From an uncultured Pseudomonadales bacterium (lineage in GTDB: Bacteria; Patescibacteriota; Microgenomatia; UBA1400; PJMF01), in contig CAYVXV010000004.1 in NCBI GenBank assembly GCA_964455555.1, forward strand, positions 7,771 through 71,770: a stretch of DNA of 64,000 nucleotides, in the 5' to 3' direction. The notes below the pieces were generated by a model. The model had not been told where the DNA came from, did not search any database, and saw only the letters and a list, made by a program, of their open reading frames with translations. This document shows positions 46,643 to 56,145 of this stretch, piece by piece (position 1 is the first letter of the stretch; every line of letters begins with the position of its first letter). Made by a program: the position numbers and the translations under genes.

Positions 46643-46702
46643 GTTCTATTTGCATCTAGGGTTTTTGCCGATAATTCGTATAATGGTTTAAAGGAGAATC
46701 TT

Positions 46703-47386
46703 ATGCAAGAAACTTGGATTGATTCAATTCTACTAGCAATAAGCCAAGCGTTTACAAACGCTGCAGTTTATTTTCCCAGATTATTGGCAGCAGTGCTTAT
46801 ACTCTTCTTCGGTACTTGGGCTGCGCGTATTTTCAGGAGGATGATCAGGAAGGTTTTTGTCTCCTTTGCCGGTTCAGACACTGTTAAAAAAACTCCGGCA
46901 GAACATTTTTTTGATGATGCTGAACTTGGGCACAAGTTAGAGGATGTCTTGGGCTCGGTAGTCTACTGGTTGATGATGTTGGTGGTTTTGTATGTGGCTG
47001 TATCAGTTTTAGGTATTGCTTCGCTCTCAATGCTGTTGGAAAAAATTATTAACTATATTCCACACATACTTGCAGCAATTTTGATCTTGGTTGTCGGTGT
47101 TTTGTTTGCTGGCATTGCTGAAGGGCTGGTAAAAAATGCTTTTAGAGCAATTGACACCGGCACTGCCAGGGCTTTAGGAAAATTGACAGGCTATGTAGTG
47201 GTCATAATTTCTGCCTTAGCAGCGGTTTCTGAGCTTGGTATTGCCAGGGAATTTATTTTGATACTTTTTGTCGGCCTGATTTTCATGCTGTCTCTAGGAT
47301 TCGGATTAGCAATTGGATTGGGAGGCCAAGACCTGGTCCGCGATGTTTTAAAGCATTGGTATGCCAGCCATAAGCGTCAGCACTAA
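46703..47386 (+). CDS. TM-helix-repeat membrane protein (CmpX/MscS-TM-like)
   Basis: YFPRLLAAVLIL and YIPHILAAILIL repeats; GLAIGLGGQD; AAGGAG RBS. Confidence 0.85.
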   Translation: MQETWIDSILLAISQAFTNAAVYFPRLLAAVLILFFGTWAARIFRRMIRKVFVSFAGSDTVKKTPAEHFFDDAELGHKLEDVLGSVVYWLMMLVVLYVAVSVLGIASLSMLLEKIINYIPHILAAILILVVGVLFAGIAEGLVKNAFRAIDTGTARALGKLTGYVVVIISALAAVSELGIAREFILILFVGLIFMLSLGFGLAIGLGGQDLVRDVLKHWYASHKRQH

Positions 47387-47425
47387 GACGATTAGCTAAC
47401 TTAATAACTATTAGATCTGCAAATT

Positions 47426-48220
47426 ATGCACCCTTTAGAAGCTATTCTCCTTGGATTCATTCAAGGCGTTACTGAATTCCTGCCTGTTTCAAGTTCCGGA
47501 CACCTGGTTATTTTCAAGCAATGGCTGTCTCTGACTACGCCATCTTTATTTTTTGAGGTTTTTCTGCATGCTGCTACCCTCCTGGCAATTATTGTTTATT
47601 TTTGGCATGACATAGTAAAAATTTCCAGGGATGAGCTCAAACTCGTATTGATTGGCAGCCTACCAATCGGAGTTGTGGGTTTTTTGTTCAAAGAGAGAGT
47701 TGAGCTTTTGTTTAATTCTACTCTGTTGGTGGGGCTCATGCTGCTGATCACCGGAACTGTTAATCTGCTTACAGATAAAGAGTTGGATAAACGCGATGAG
47801 AAAGGAAAAGATGAGGCTGAGAATGAGGCCGAACAGCTTACTTTCAAGAAAGCTTTGATAATTGGCTTTATCCAGGTTGCAGCAATTTTGCCGGGAATTT
47901 CCCGCTCAGGGTCAACGGTATTTGGTAGCATTGTTCAAAAGGTGTCTCGGGAAGACGCTTTCCGCTTCTCGTTTTTCTTGGCGTTGCCGGCCATTACAGG
48001 AGCCACTCTTTACGAGATGATTGGCGTGGACTGGGCTGCTGTGGAGCGGCTGGGATATTACAAGCTAATCTTGGGAGGGGCGATGGCTTTTATCACAGGA
48101 CTCGGTAGCTTGAAACTGCTGCACTACATGATTAAAGAAGCAAGCTTTCAATGGTTTGCATGGTATTGTTTCATTCTGGGAGGTGGTGTTTTAGCTTTGG
48201 AATTGCTGAGAGTGGTCTAA
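47426..48220 (+). CDS. uppP: Undecaprenyl-diphosphate phosphatase
   Basis: QGVTEFLPVSSSGH, PGISRSG, FSFFLALP. Confidence 0.96.
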   Translation: MHPLEAILLGFIQGVTEFLPVSSSGHLVIFKQWLSLTTPSLFFEVFLHAATLLAIIVYFWHDIVKISRDELKLVLIGSLPIGVVGFLFKERVELLFNSTLLVGLMLLITGTVNLLTDKELDKRDEKGKDEAENEAEQLTFKKALIIGFIQVAAILPGISRSGSTVFGSIVQKVSREDAFRFSFFLALPAITGATLYEMIGVDWAAVERLGYYKLILGGAMAFITGLGSLKLLHYMIKEASFQWFAWYCFILGGGVLALELLRVV

Positions 48221-48228
48221 TCTATCTT

Positions 48229-48810
48229 TTACTGCAAACCCAGGTGAAGCACTATGATGCATCCGCCGTCTGCATACATGCTCAAGCTGGTGCAGTCTGC
48301 AGCCAGCCCCATATTCACATATAGCCCATCCAGCAGCTGTCGATTATGACTGTCACTTTCAATCCATGCCTGCAGCACCTGCCAGGGTGAATTGTAGCCG
48401 AAAGACAAGTTTTCCCCTGCTTTTTTGTAATGATAGCCAGCGTTGGTGAGCATGTACCAAGTTTGCCCGTCCTGGGCATCCAGGTGGCGAAAATATTTAT
48501 TGTCTACCATGTCCTTAAGTTTTCTTTGAGCACTAATTTCCAGGGTTGGATGGGCTATAAGAGGACTTAGCTTGTGCTCTTTGCGGTAAGCGTTAATTAA
48601 GAGATAAAGCGATTCAGGCTTGATTTCTTCTGCGCTTGTAATTTCTGCACCTTTTATGCGCTCGTCATTTGAGGCGGTCTGCACTGATGTCTGAGGAGAA
48701 ATTGACCCAACTACAAATGTTCTTATTTCAGAGTGATAAACCAGTACCTGTGATACAAGAAGAACAGCAACTACTAGCCCGCTCAGACGCATGACCTGGA
48801 TTTTTTTCAT
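48229..48810 (-). CDS. CAP (SCP) domain exported protein
   Basis: INAYR, DMVDNKYFRH, AGENL, WIESDSH. Confidence 0.9.
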   Translation of the reverse strand: MKKIQVMRLSGLVVAVLLVSQVLVYHSEIRTFVVGSISPQTSVQTASNDERIKGAEITSAEEIKPESLYLLINAYRKEHKLSPLIAHPTLEISAQRKLKDMVDNKYFRHLDAQDGQTWYMLTNAGYHYKKAGENLSFGYNSPWQVLQAWIESDSHNRQLLDGLYVNMGLAADCTSLSMYADGGCIIVLHLGLQ

Positions 48811-48839
48811 TGATACCATTGTAGCATCCGGTAGTTTTG

Positions 48840-50354
48840 TCAGTTTGTTGTGTAGTTTGGCCTGAATTGAAGCGCCTCAGCAATGTGGTCTGCATTGATT
48901 TTGGGCGCGGCTTCCAGGTCTGCTATGGTTTGGGCAATCCGGATGATGCTGAAGTATCCTCTCGAGGACAGGGCTAACCGCTCTGCTGCAGTGCTCAACA
49001 GTTTTTGTGCCATCGGTTCCAGCACACAATGCTCTCTGATTAATTTAGATGTTAGCCGGCCATTATTCTGAACTGTTGTGTTGGCAAACCTATCTGCTTG
49101 TTTTTTTTGTGCCGCCAAGACCTGAGCTTGAATAATTTCGAGACTCTCGGTATCTGATCGAGCTGATAGTTTGCTGTGTGCGGCCGGCAGAACGGTAAGT
49201 GACAGGTCTATCCTATCTTTAAGCGGGCCTGACAATTTGCTTTTATATCTCTTAATTTGGTCAGGGGTACAGGTGCAGGAGCGATAGCTAGACTGTGCAA
49301 AGCCACATGGACATGGGTTGGTTGCGGCAACAAAGGAAAATCTGGCCGGAAACCTAATGCTTCCTTGGTTTTTGGTAAGTGTGACACTGCCCTTCTCCAG
49401 CGGCTCCCTTAATGCTTCCAAAGTAGCCTTATTGAATAGGTTAAGTTCATCAAGGAAAAGAACTCCGCAGTGTGCCAGCGATATTTCTCCTGGTTTGATT
49501 TGAGTGCCGCCTCCGAGCAGTCCCAAGATGCTGGCAGTATGATGCGGCGAGCGGAATGGACGCGAACTGCTGAAGTTTCTTTCAATCCCGGCTGCTGAAT
49601 AGACCATTGCTACTTCCATTGCCTCCTGGCTTGAAAGCGGCGGCAGGATGGAGTTGAGGCTCTGGGCCAGCAGGCTTTTGCCTGCTCCCGGTGGTCCAGT
49701 TAACAGCAGGTGGTGACGCCCTGCCGCCGCGATAACAAGAGCTCTTTTGGCCACTTCTTGGCCCAAAATATCAGTGATGCTGACGGAATGTTCCCGGTTC
49801 TTTGATTTATGAATAAACTTTTTCGTTTGGAGGAAGCTTAATGGTTTGTGCTTTTGAGCAAACTCCAGATAATCCCGCAAATGCTCAATATACTTGATTT
49901 CGATGCCGGAAATGTATTTGAGCTGCTGAACACTTGAGGCAGGTACGACCACTTCTTTGAAGCCCATGGTTTTGGCTGCACAGACTAAGGCTAAAGCATG
50001 CTTGAGTGGTTTTAGCTCACCATTGAGAGAAAATTCTCCAAAAAACATAGTTTTGTCACTATCAAGCCTGATTTCTCCGTACTGTTTTAGCAAAGCAATG
50101 GCAATGGGAAGTTCGATGCAGCTGGCTGTTTTTTTTAGATCAGCTGGGGCTAAGTTAACAATAGTTTTTCGGGATTTAATTCTAATGCCGCAACTGGACA
50201 CCGCTGCCGTAATCCGTTCTTTGGCCTCAGCGACAGTGCGGGTTGGCAAACCGATGAAGATTAATTTTGGCTGCCCGCGGACGGTATCGACTTCAACTTC
50301 AATTTTAGTGGGGTTTAAACCTTGCAGGGTGGCGGTGTAGGTTCTGGCTAACAC
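48840..50354 (-). CDS. comM: ComM/YifB Mg-chelatase-like AAA ATPase
   Basis: VNLAPADLKK, GPPGAGKS, RPFRSPHH, PGEISLAH.GVLFLDE, NPCPCG, LSGPL.DRID. Confidence 0.94.
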   Translation of the reverse strand: MLARTYTATLQGLNPTKIEVEVDTVRGQPKLIFIGLPTRTVAEAKERITAAVSSCGIRIKSRKTIVNLAPADLKKTASCIELPIAIALLKQYGEIRLDSDKTMFFGEFSLNGELKPLKHALALVCAAKTMGFKEVVVPASSVQQLKYISGIEIKYIEHLRDYLEFAQKHKPLSFLQTKKFIHKSKNREHSVSITDILGQEVAKRALVIAAAGRHHLLLTGPPGAGKSLLAQSLNSILPPLSSQEAMEVAMVYSAAGIERNFSSSRPFRSPHHTASILGLLGGGTQIKPGEISLAHCGVLFLDELNLFNKATLEALREPLEKGSVTLTKNQGSIRFPARFSFVAATNPCPCGFAQSSYRSCTCTPDQIKRYKSKLSGPLKDRIDLSLTVLPAAHSKLSARSDTESLEIIQAQVLAAQKKQADRFANTTVQNNGRLTSKLIREHCVLEPMAQKLLSTAAERLALSSRGYFSIIRIAQTIADLEAAPKINADHIAEALQFRPNYTTN

Positions 50355-50437
50355 TGCCCCACTTTAACTCCAGATTCTTGCAGGAACTGGATATCCGAAA
50401 ACGTCAAGCAAAAAGTTGAAAATCAAGAGGTTGGTTA

Positions 50438-51478
50438 CTAACCAATCTGTTCAACCAGCCGGTTGCAATATCCCCATTCATTATCATACCAACTGACGAT
50501 TTTAACTAAGTTTCCTCCAATAACATTCGTAAGCGCCAAGTCCACAATCGATGATTCGCGCCTGCCAATGATGTCTGATGAGACCAGGGGCTCATCGGTA
50601 ACCGCCAGGATATTTTTCCAGCGCTCCTCCTGCGAGGCATCAATGAATGCCTGGTTGATTTCTTCAACAGTAACATCGCGGTCCAACAAGAAAGTAATAT
50701 CAGATATTGAGCCTGTTGCTGTGGGGACACGGATGGCAGTGCCGTCAAATAAACCTTGAAGTTCAGGTACCACCAAAGCTGTAGCTTTGGCTGCACCTGT
50801 AGTGGTTGGAACAATATTTTCTGCAGCGCTTCTGGCCCGGCGCAGGTCTTTATGTGAATTGTCTTGTGTGTTTTGATCGTCAGTATATGAATGTACTGTA
50901 CTGAGCATAGCCTTTTGTACGCCAAACCGATCAACCATGACTCTAGCCACCGGCGCCACACAGTTAGTGGTGCAGGAAGCATTAGAAACGATTCTTGTTT
51001 CCGGTGGGATATGATTAACTCCAACTACGCTGGTGATTACATTTTCACCTTTAGCTGGAGCGGAAATAACCACTCGGTTTGCCCCTCCGTTGAAATGCTG
51101 CGAAGCCTTTTCATCTGTTGTAAAAACCCCGGTTGATTCAATGACTGTTTCAACTCCATGGCTGCCCCAGGGAATTTTGTTCGGCTCGCGCTGAGCAGTA
51201 AAAACAATGGGTTCTCCCCCATCGATAGTGATTAGGCCGAGGATGGGATTTTCATCTGTAACTTCGTCTTTAGACTGATGCCTCGATATATTCATCGAGC
51301 TGCCAAATTGGCCATAATTTGAATCATATTTTATGAGATGAGCCCAATCTTCCAACTCCATTGAACCGGAAGTGTTTACAACTTTTAAGTCGTAACTGTC
51401 GCGGTAGAATTGCCACCAAACTCTGAGGGTGGTCCTGCCGATTCTGCCGAAACCGTTAATGCCGAAAGTTTTTTTCAT
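50438..51478 (-). CDS. gap: Glyceraldehyde-3-phosphate dehydrogenase (type I)
   Basis: GINGFGRIGR, SNASCTTNC, WYDNEWGY. Confidence 0.97.
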   Translation of the reverse strand: MKKTFGINGFGRIGRTTLRVWWQFYRDSYDLKVVNTSGSMELEDWAHLIKYDSNYGQFGSSMNISRHQSKDEVTDENPILGLITIDGGEPIVFTAQREPNKIPWGSHGVETVIESTGVFTTDEKASQHFNGGANRVVISAPAKGENVITSVVGVNHIPPETRIVSNASCTTNCVAPVARVMVDRFGVQKAMLSTVHSYTDDQNTQDNSHKDLRRARSAAENIVPTTTGAAKATALVVPELQGLFDGTAIRVPTATGSISDITFLLDRDVTVEEINQAFIDASQEERWKNILAVTDEPLVSSDIIGRRESSIVDLALTNVIGGNLVKIVSWYDNEWGYCNRLVEQIG

Positions 51479-51577
51479 ATTAGTCCTTGCTCTCACAGTA
51501 TTGGTGCGGTTGAGTTCTCCTTAAGAATACCACTTATTCTCAGGGCAGCCAAGAATAGCCTTAGAATATGAATTGAA

Positions 51578-52318
51578 TTAGGCAAGTTCAGTTTTTACAT
51601 CACTGCCGACATAAGTGCCGACTGCTTCACCTTCGATGGCGCGGCTGAGGTTGCCGTCTTTAAAGAGCTCGAAAACCATTACTGCCAGGTCGTTTTCCTG
51701 TGCCATTGCCAGTGCAGCAGTATCCATAACATTCACCTCTGCTAACTCAATGGCATCTTTAAGGTTAAGGGTTTTAAAGCGTTTAGCTTTGGGGTGTTTA
51801 ATAGGGTCTTTTTCATAAATGCCATCAACTTTGGTAGCTTTTATTAAGACATCACAGTTGAGTTCAAGTGCGTGCAAGGCTGCTCCGGTATCTGTGGTCA
51901 CATACGGTACTCCGGTCCCAGCAGCGAGAATTACCACCCGGCCTTTTTCCATATGCCGGATTGCCCGGCGGCGGACAAAGCTTTCGGCAACAGCCGGCAT
52001 TTGCAAAGCGGACTGCAGCCTGGTCGGCACGCCGACTTTTTCAATAGCATCCTGAAGTGCCAGGCCGTTCATTACTGTGGCTAGCATACCCATGTAATCC
52101 GCTGTGGCCCGGTCGATACCCTGCTTGGCCCCGGCCATTCCCCTGAATATATTACCTGCTCCAATCACAAGGGCTATCTCAACGTGTTTGGTATAAATGT
52201 CTTTAATCTGCTCTGCCACAGCCTTAGCTGCCTTGGGATCGATACCATAATCTCTATCGCCCAAAAGCGATTCTCCCCCAACCTTTAAGAGGACTCTGTT
52301 AAAGCGTGTTTTTGACAT
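51578..52318 (-). CDS. pyrH: UMP kinase
   Basis: RVLLKVGGE, GNIFRG, DYMGMLATVMN, TTDT, ATKVDG. Confidence 0.97.
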   Translation of the reverse strand: MSKTRFNRVLLKVGGESLLGDRDYGIDPKAAKAVAEQIKDIYTKHVEIALVIGAGNIFRGMAGAKQGIDRATADYMGMLATVMNGLALQDAIEKVGVPTRLQSALQMPAVAESFVRRRAIRHMEKGRVVILAAGTGVPYVTTDTGAALHALELNCDVLIKATKVDGIYEKDPIKHPKAKRFKTLNLKDAIELAEVNVMDTAALAMAQENDLAVMVFELFKDGNLSRAIEGEAVGTYVGSDVKTELA

Positions 52319-52359
52319 TTATTCCTTTCTTAATATGTGGGCGGTTTTTATGCCGCAGT

Positions 52360-53394
52360 TTAACCAAAGGGCAAACGGGTTCTTAGCCTCAACCATTTCC
52401 AGCGCAAATTTTCTGCAATCCTGAAAAGCTTATACAAAGATGGGTTAAGGACCAAATCATAGGTGCCGATAAACTCTACCAAATCTCCTCCATAGCCTTT
52501 TTTAAATTTATGAAAACCATACCAAGGATCTGATTTCTTGGGTTCCGGCCCCAGAGATCCCCACATATCCAGCATCTTGCAGTTCTCCCGTTTGCCGAGC
52601 TTGATCATTTCCCACATCATTAGGTTGCTGGCCATGATGTTTCTGTGAATGCTTCTTGAGGCTCCGTACGGATAATAGAGCGTGTTATTAAAAATAAACA
52701 TAATCCAGGAAACGATAATCGTGTCTTCATAAACCGCATGAAAAATTCTGATCATCCCTGAATCACCCAATTTATCCCACATTTTGCGGAAATAATCCGG
52801 AGTGTGCGCGTAGAAGCCCTGCCGCTTAGTAGTTTCCTCTAGTATTTCAATATATTGCTCCATACCTTCTTTGGATGTGTTCTCAAAGACTTCAGCACCT
52901 TTTTTTACTGCGAGCCTGACATTGTACCTGGTTTTGCTATCTAACTGCTTAAAAAGCTCTTCTTCAGACTTGCTTAGATCTAGTTGAAAAGTATATCTGG
53001 TAAACATAGGCCGACCAGGGACGGCACCATTATCCAAGAGGAATTTGGAGATATCTTTATGAGCTGAAGGCACACCGACCTTTTGAGCAACGTTCGGCTC
53101 CATCTTAATAAACAAAGCATTGTGCTGCTTGCCAATTTCCTTCAGAGCGTGAAGCTGCTCATCATCCGGCATAAAGGCTTTGGGAAGATAGCCGACATTT
53201 TTGTTTAAATGCGGGATGGGGTGAAAAGTTACTTGAAATGCCTTAGTGAGTTGATTGTCATGAAAAAAACCAATACGCTCAATTGCGGTACCGGTTTCCT
53301 TCCTGAACTCACCCCACTCCCAGGACTGAAGGGGGTGGCCTACTACAGTGTTATAGCGTTGGCGCTCGTTTTCCCTGATAACTCTAACAATCAT
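52360..53394 (-). CDS. FemABX/MurM-family peptidoglycan bridge peptidyltransferase
   Basis: HPLQSWEWG, KTRYNVRLA.KKG, YPYGAS, FKKGYGG. Confidence 0.92.
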   Translation of the reverse strand: MIVRVIRENERQRYNTVVGHPLQSWEWGEFRKETGTAIERIGFFHDNQLTKAFQVTFHPIPHLNKNVGYLPKAFMPDDEQLHALKEIGKQHNALFIKMEPNVAQKVGVPSAHKDISKFLLDNGAVPGRPMFTRYTFQLDLSKSEEELFKQLDSKTRYNVRLAVKKGAEVFENTSKEGMEQYIEILEETTKRQGFYAHTPDYFRKMWDKLGDSGMIRIFHAVYEDTIIVSWIMFIFNNTLYYPYGASRSIHRNIMASNLMMWEMIKLGKRENCKMLDMWGSLGPEPKKSDPWYGFHKFKKGYGGDLVEFIGTYDLVLNPSLYKLFRIAENLRWKWLRLRTRLPFG

Positions 53395-53445
53395 ATTGAA
53401 CAATTATTATAAGTGATAATACTCTGGTGTGCCAGTTGGTGAAAT

Positions 53446-55392
53446 CTAACTGTCAATGAACGAGTCGATATCAAACTCACCGCTCAAAACCCCTTCTGCC
53501 AACTCCTCATCGACCGGCACATACCTTCTTTCAGAGGATGTATGCTGAGAATTTGGTTTAGAATCAAAAGTTGATTTGTATCCCCCTTCCAACACCAGCA
53601 GATCTTTGGGAATATCACTTAGAAAGCGGCTTTGCAGGCTATAGCTGCGGCTGCCATAAACATATCTGGCGCGCGCATGGGTAAAGTAGAGCCGGGTTTT
53701 TGCTCGGGTTACGCCCACATAGCATAAGCGGCGCTCCTCTTCCATTTGATCGGGGTCAAGGATTGAGCGTGAGTGCGGCAGCAGGCCATCCTCCATGCCA
53801 ACCATAAAGACCACAGAAAATTCCAAGCCCTTGGCAGCGTGCAGGCTCATAAGGTTGACAGCATCTTGATTGGAATCATCAGCGGCTACATCAACGAAAT
53901 TGTCATCTTGCAGCAATGCAATATTCTCCAATAGCTGGCGGACCGATTTAAACTGGGCAGCCACGTTGACCAACTCTTGGACGTTCTCAATCCTGCTTTG
54001 ATTTTCTTCGTTTTTAATTTTGAACTTTTTCAGATAGTCGGTAATATCAAGAATTGTTTTAATAATTTCAGAAGGATTGCTGTCAGAGCCTAATTCATTG
54101 CCGGCAGCCAGAGATTCGCGGTGCTCTGCAGACCAGCTTTCAAATTTCTCCAGCCTGCGCTTGCCGAGTTTTTCTATCCGGTTGTAACTGACCATGTCTT
54201 GGGGATTGGAAAAACAGCGGAGGTAAGCAATCAGGTCTCTAATTTCTTTTCTCTCGTAGAATTTGGTGCCGCCAACTAATTTGTAGCGGATGCCGGCATG
54301 GATGAGCGCTTCTTCAAATTCACGCGATTGGGCATTGGTGCGGTATAGGATTGCCATCTCAGAAAGTGGACTATCCAGGCTTTCTTTTTTGATGTATCTC
54401 ACAACCTGCCTGGCTTCGTCCCGGCCGTCTTCGGCATGATAAATGGTTAGCTTGTTGCCGGTGGCTTCAACGGTCCATAGCTTCAGAATCGGGTGCTTGG
54501 TGTTTTGAGAGATAATTTCGGTGGCAGCATCCAGAATGTTTTGGTTGGAGCGGTAGTTTTGTTCTAAGCGGTACTCCGTCACATCTTTAAAGTCTTGCTT
54601 CAAGAGCAGCATGTTGCGGTAGTCTGCCCCTCTCCAGGCATAAATGCTTTGGCTAAAATCACCGACTACATATAGATTATCCTGCGGCCTGGTAAAAATT
54701 TTAGTAAGCTCGTACTGGACTTTATTAGTGTCCTGATATTCATCAACCAAAACATGCGAAATCATTTGCTGATATTTATCCCTGACCTGAGACACCTGCT
54801 GTAGGAGATTGAGTGCTTTAAGAAGGAGGTCGTCAAAGTCTACAGCCTGAGCTTTGTTTAGTTCTTCCTGGTACCATTTGTAAACATGGCCGACATGAGT
54901 CTGATAATGCCCTTTGGCAAAATTTTGATAGGCGGTGGGAGTGATCATCTCATTTTTGGCATTGGAAATAGTGCTGCGCACTGCCTGCATGGCAAACTGG
55001 CTGTTTTCTAATCCTCGGGTTCCATAGATATCCTTGATGAGTTTTTTCTGATCGTCGGTATCGTAGATGGTAAAGTTTGGGTTTAAACCGATTAGGTGGC
55101 CATCGGTCCTGAGAATCCGGGCGCACAGGCTGTGAAAAGTGCCTGAATATGGAAGAATACTGCCGGTGTGCAGTTGAATTCTATCCCTAATTTCTCCGGC
55201 AGCTTTGTTGGTAAAGGTAACTACCAGCAACGATTGCGGGGAAACATTTTTTTCTGCAATCAGCCAGGCTACCCTGGTTGTAAGCACAGTAGTTTTGCCG
55301 CTGCCTGCTCCTGCCAGTACCATAGCAGCACCTTTTTCATGAATAACGGCTTGCTGCTGTTGCTTATTAAGCTTGCTCAGTAATGCTTTCAC
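53446..55392 (-). CDS. pcrA: PcrA/UvrD helicase
   Basis: AGAGSGKT, TFTNKAA, VDEYQD, LEQNYRS, YRTNAQSR, HAAKGLEF, EEERRL.YV. Confidence 0.96.
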   Translation of the reverse strand: MKALLSKLNKQQQQAVIHEKGAAMVLAGAGSGKTTVLTTRVAWLIAEKNVSPQSLLVVTFTNKAAGEIRDRIQLHTGSILPYSGTFHSLCARILRTDGHLIGLNPNFTIYDTDDQKKLIKDIYGTRGLENSQFAMQAVRSTISNAKNEMITPTAYQNFAKGHYQTHVGHVYKWYQEELNKAQAVDFDDLLLKALNLLQQVSQVRDKYQQMISHVLVDEYQDTNKVQYELTKIFTRPQDNLYVVGDFSQSIYAWRGADYRNMLLLKQDFKDVTEYRLEQNYRSNQNILDAATEIISQNTKHPILKLWTVEATGNKLTIYHAEDGRDEARQVVRYIKKESLDSPLSEMAILYRTNAQSREFEEALIHAGIRYKLVGGTKFYERKEIRDLIAYLRCFSNPQDMVSYNRIEKLGKRRLEKFESWSAEHRESLAAGNELGSDSNPSEIIKTILDITDYLKKFKIKNEENQSRIENVQELVNVAAQFKSVRQLLENIALLQDDNFVDVAADDSNQDAVNLMSLHAAKGLEFSVVFMVGMEDGLLPHSRSILDPDQMEEERRLCYVGVTRAKTRLYFTHARARYVYGSRSYSLQSRFLSDIPKDLLVLEGGYKSTFDSKPNSQHTSSERRYVPVDEELAEGVLSGEFDIDSFIDS

Positions 55393-55442
55393 GCATCACA
55401 TACTAGCACATTACAGAAAGGAAATGATATAGTGTGTTCACT

Positions 55443-56123
55443 ATGTCAAAACTAATCATTGCCAACTGGAAATCACATAAATCCCCTCAAGAAGCAGAAT
55501 CCTGGATGAAAGTAATCTCAACGGAGAAAAAACAGTTTTCTGAAAACGTTAAAGTGGTTGTGGCTCCGGCTTTCCCGTTGCTGCCAGTTGTTGCAGAAAT
55601 GGCCGAGTCTGCTGGCGTCCAGCTTGGTGCGCAGGATTTAAGCCCTTTTGAAGCAGGCGCCTACACTGGTGCCGTTTCAGCTCACAACCTAAAAGGCTTG
55701 TCTGTAAAATATGCGTTGCTCGGCCACTCGGAGAGGCGCCTGTATTTCAATGAAACTCACCTGGATGTAGCCCGCAAGGTGGTTCAGGCAGTTGAGCACG
55801 GGTTGACCCCGGTGGTTTGTGTCGACAGCGATTTTATCTATGAGCAGGCAGCCATGATTGAAGACGAATACTTGGAGCAATGCGTTGTTGCTTATGAACC
55901 GGCCGGTGCGATTGGCACAGGCAACAATGAAGACGTTGGCAAGGTCAGGCGCAATTCTAAAAAGATCAGGGATGCTTTTGGTGACGACATCAACATTCTT
56001 TACGGCGGCAGTGTTGCTCCGGAAAATATCGGCGAGTACATGCTGGTTACTGATGGAGCGCTGGTAGGCGGAGCCTCTTTGGATGCTGAAGAGTTTGCCA
56101 GGCTTGTTCAGGCGGTTGAATAA
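55443..56123 (+). CDS. tpiA: Triosephosphate isomerase
   Basis: ANWK, GHSERR, AYEP..AIGTG, YGGSV, LVGGASL. Confidence 0.97.
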   Translation: MSKLIIANWKSHKSPQEAESWMKVISTEKKQFSENVKVVVAPAFPLLPVVAEMAESAGVQLGAQDLSPFEAGAYTGAVSAHNLKGLSVKYALLGHSERRLYFNETHLDVARKVVQAVEHGLTPVVCVDSDFIYEQAAMIEDEYLEQCVVAYEPAGAIGTGNNEDVGKVRRNSKKIRDAFGDDINILYGGSVAPENIGEYMLVTDGALVGGASLDAEEFARLVQAVE

Positions 56124-56145
56124 TTGTATTTTACCTTGGTCAACA

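Noticed and set aside
46117-46702. ORFs 46117-46338, 46393-46614 and the 5' extension of 46592
   Set aside because: They overlap the RNase P RNA and its terminator.
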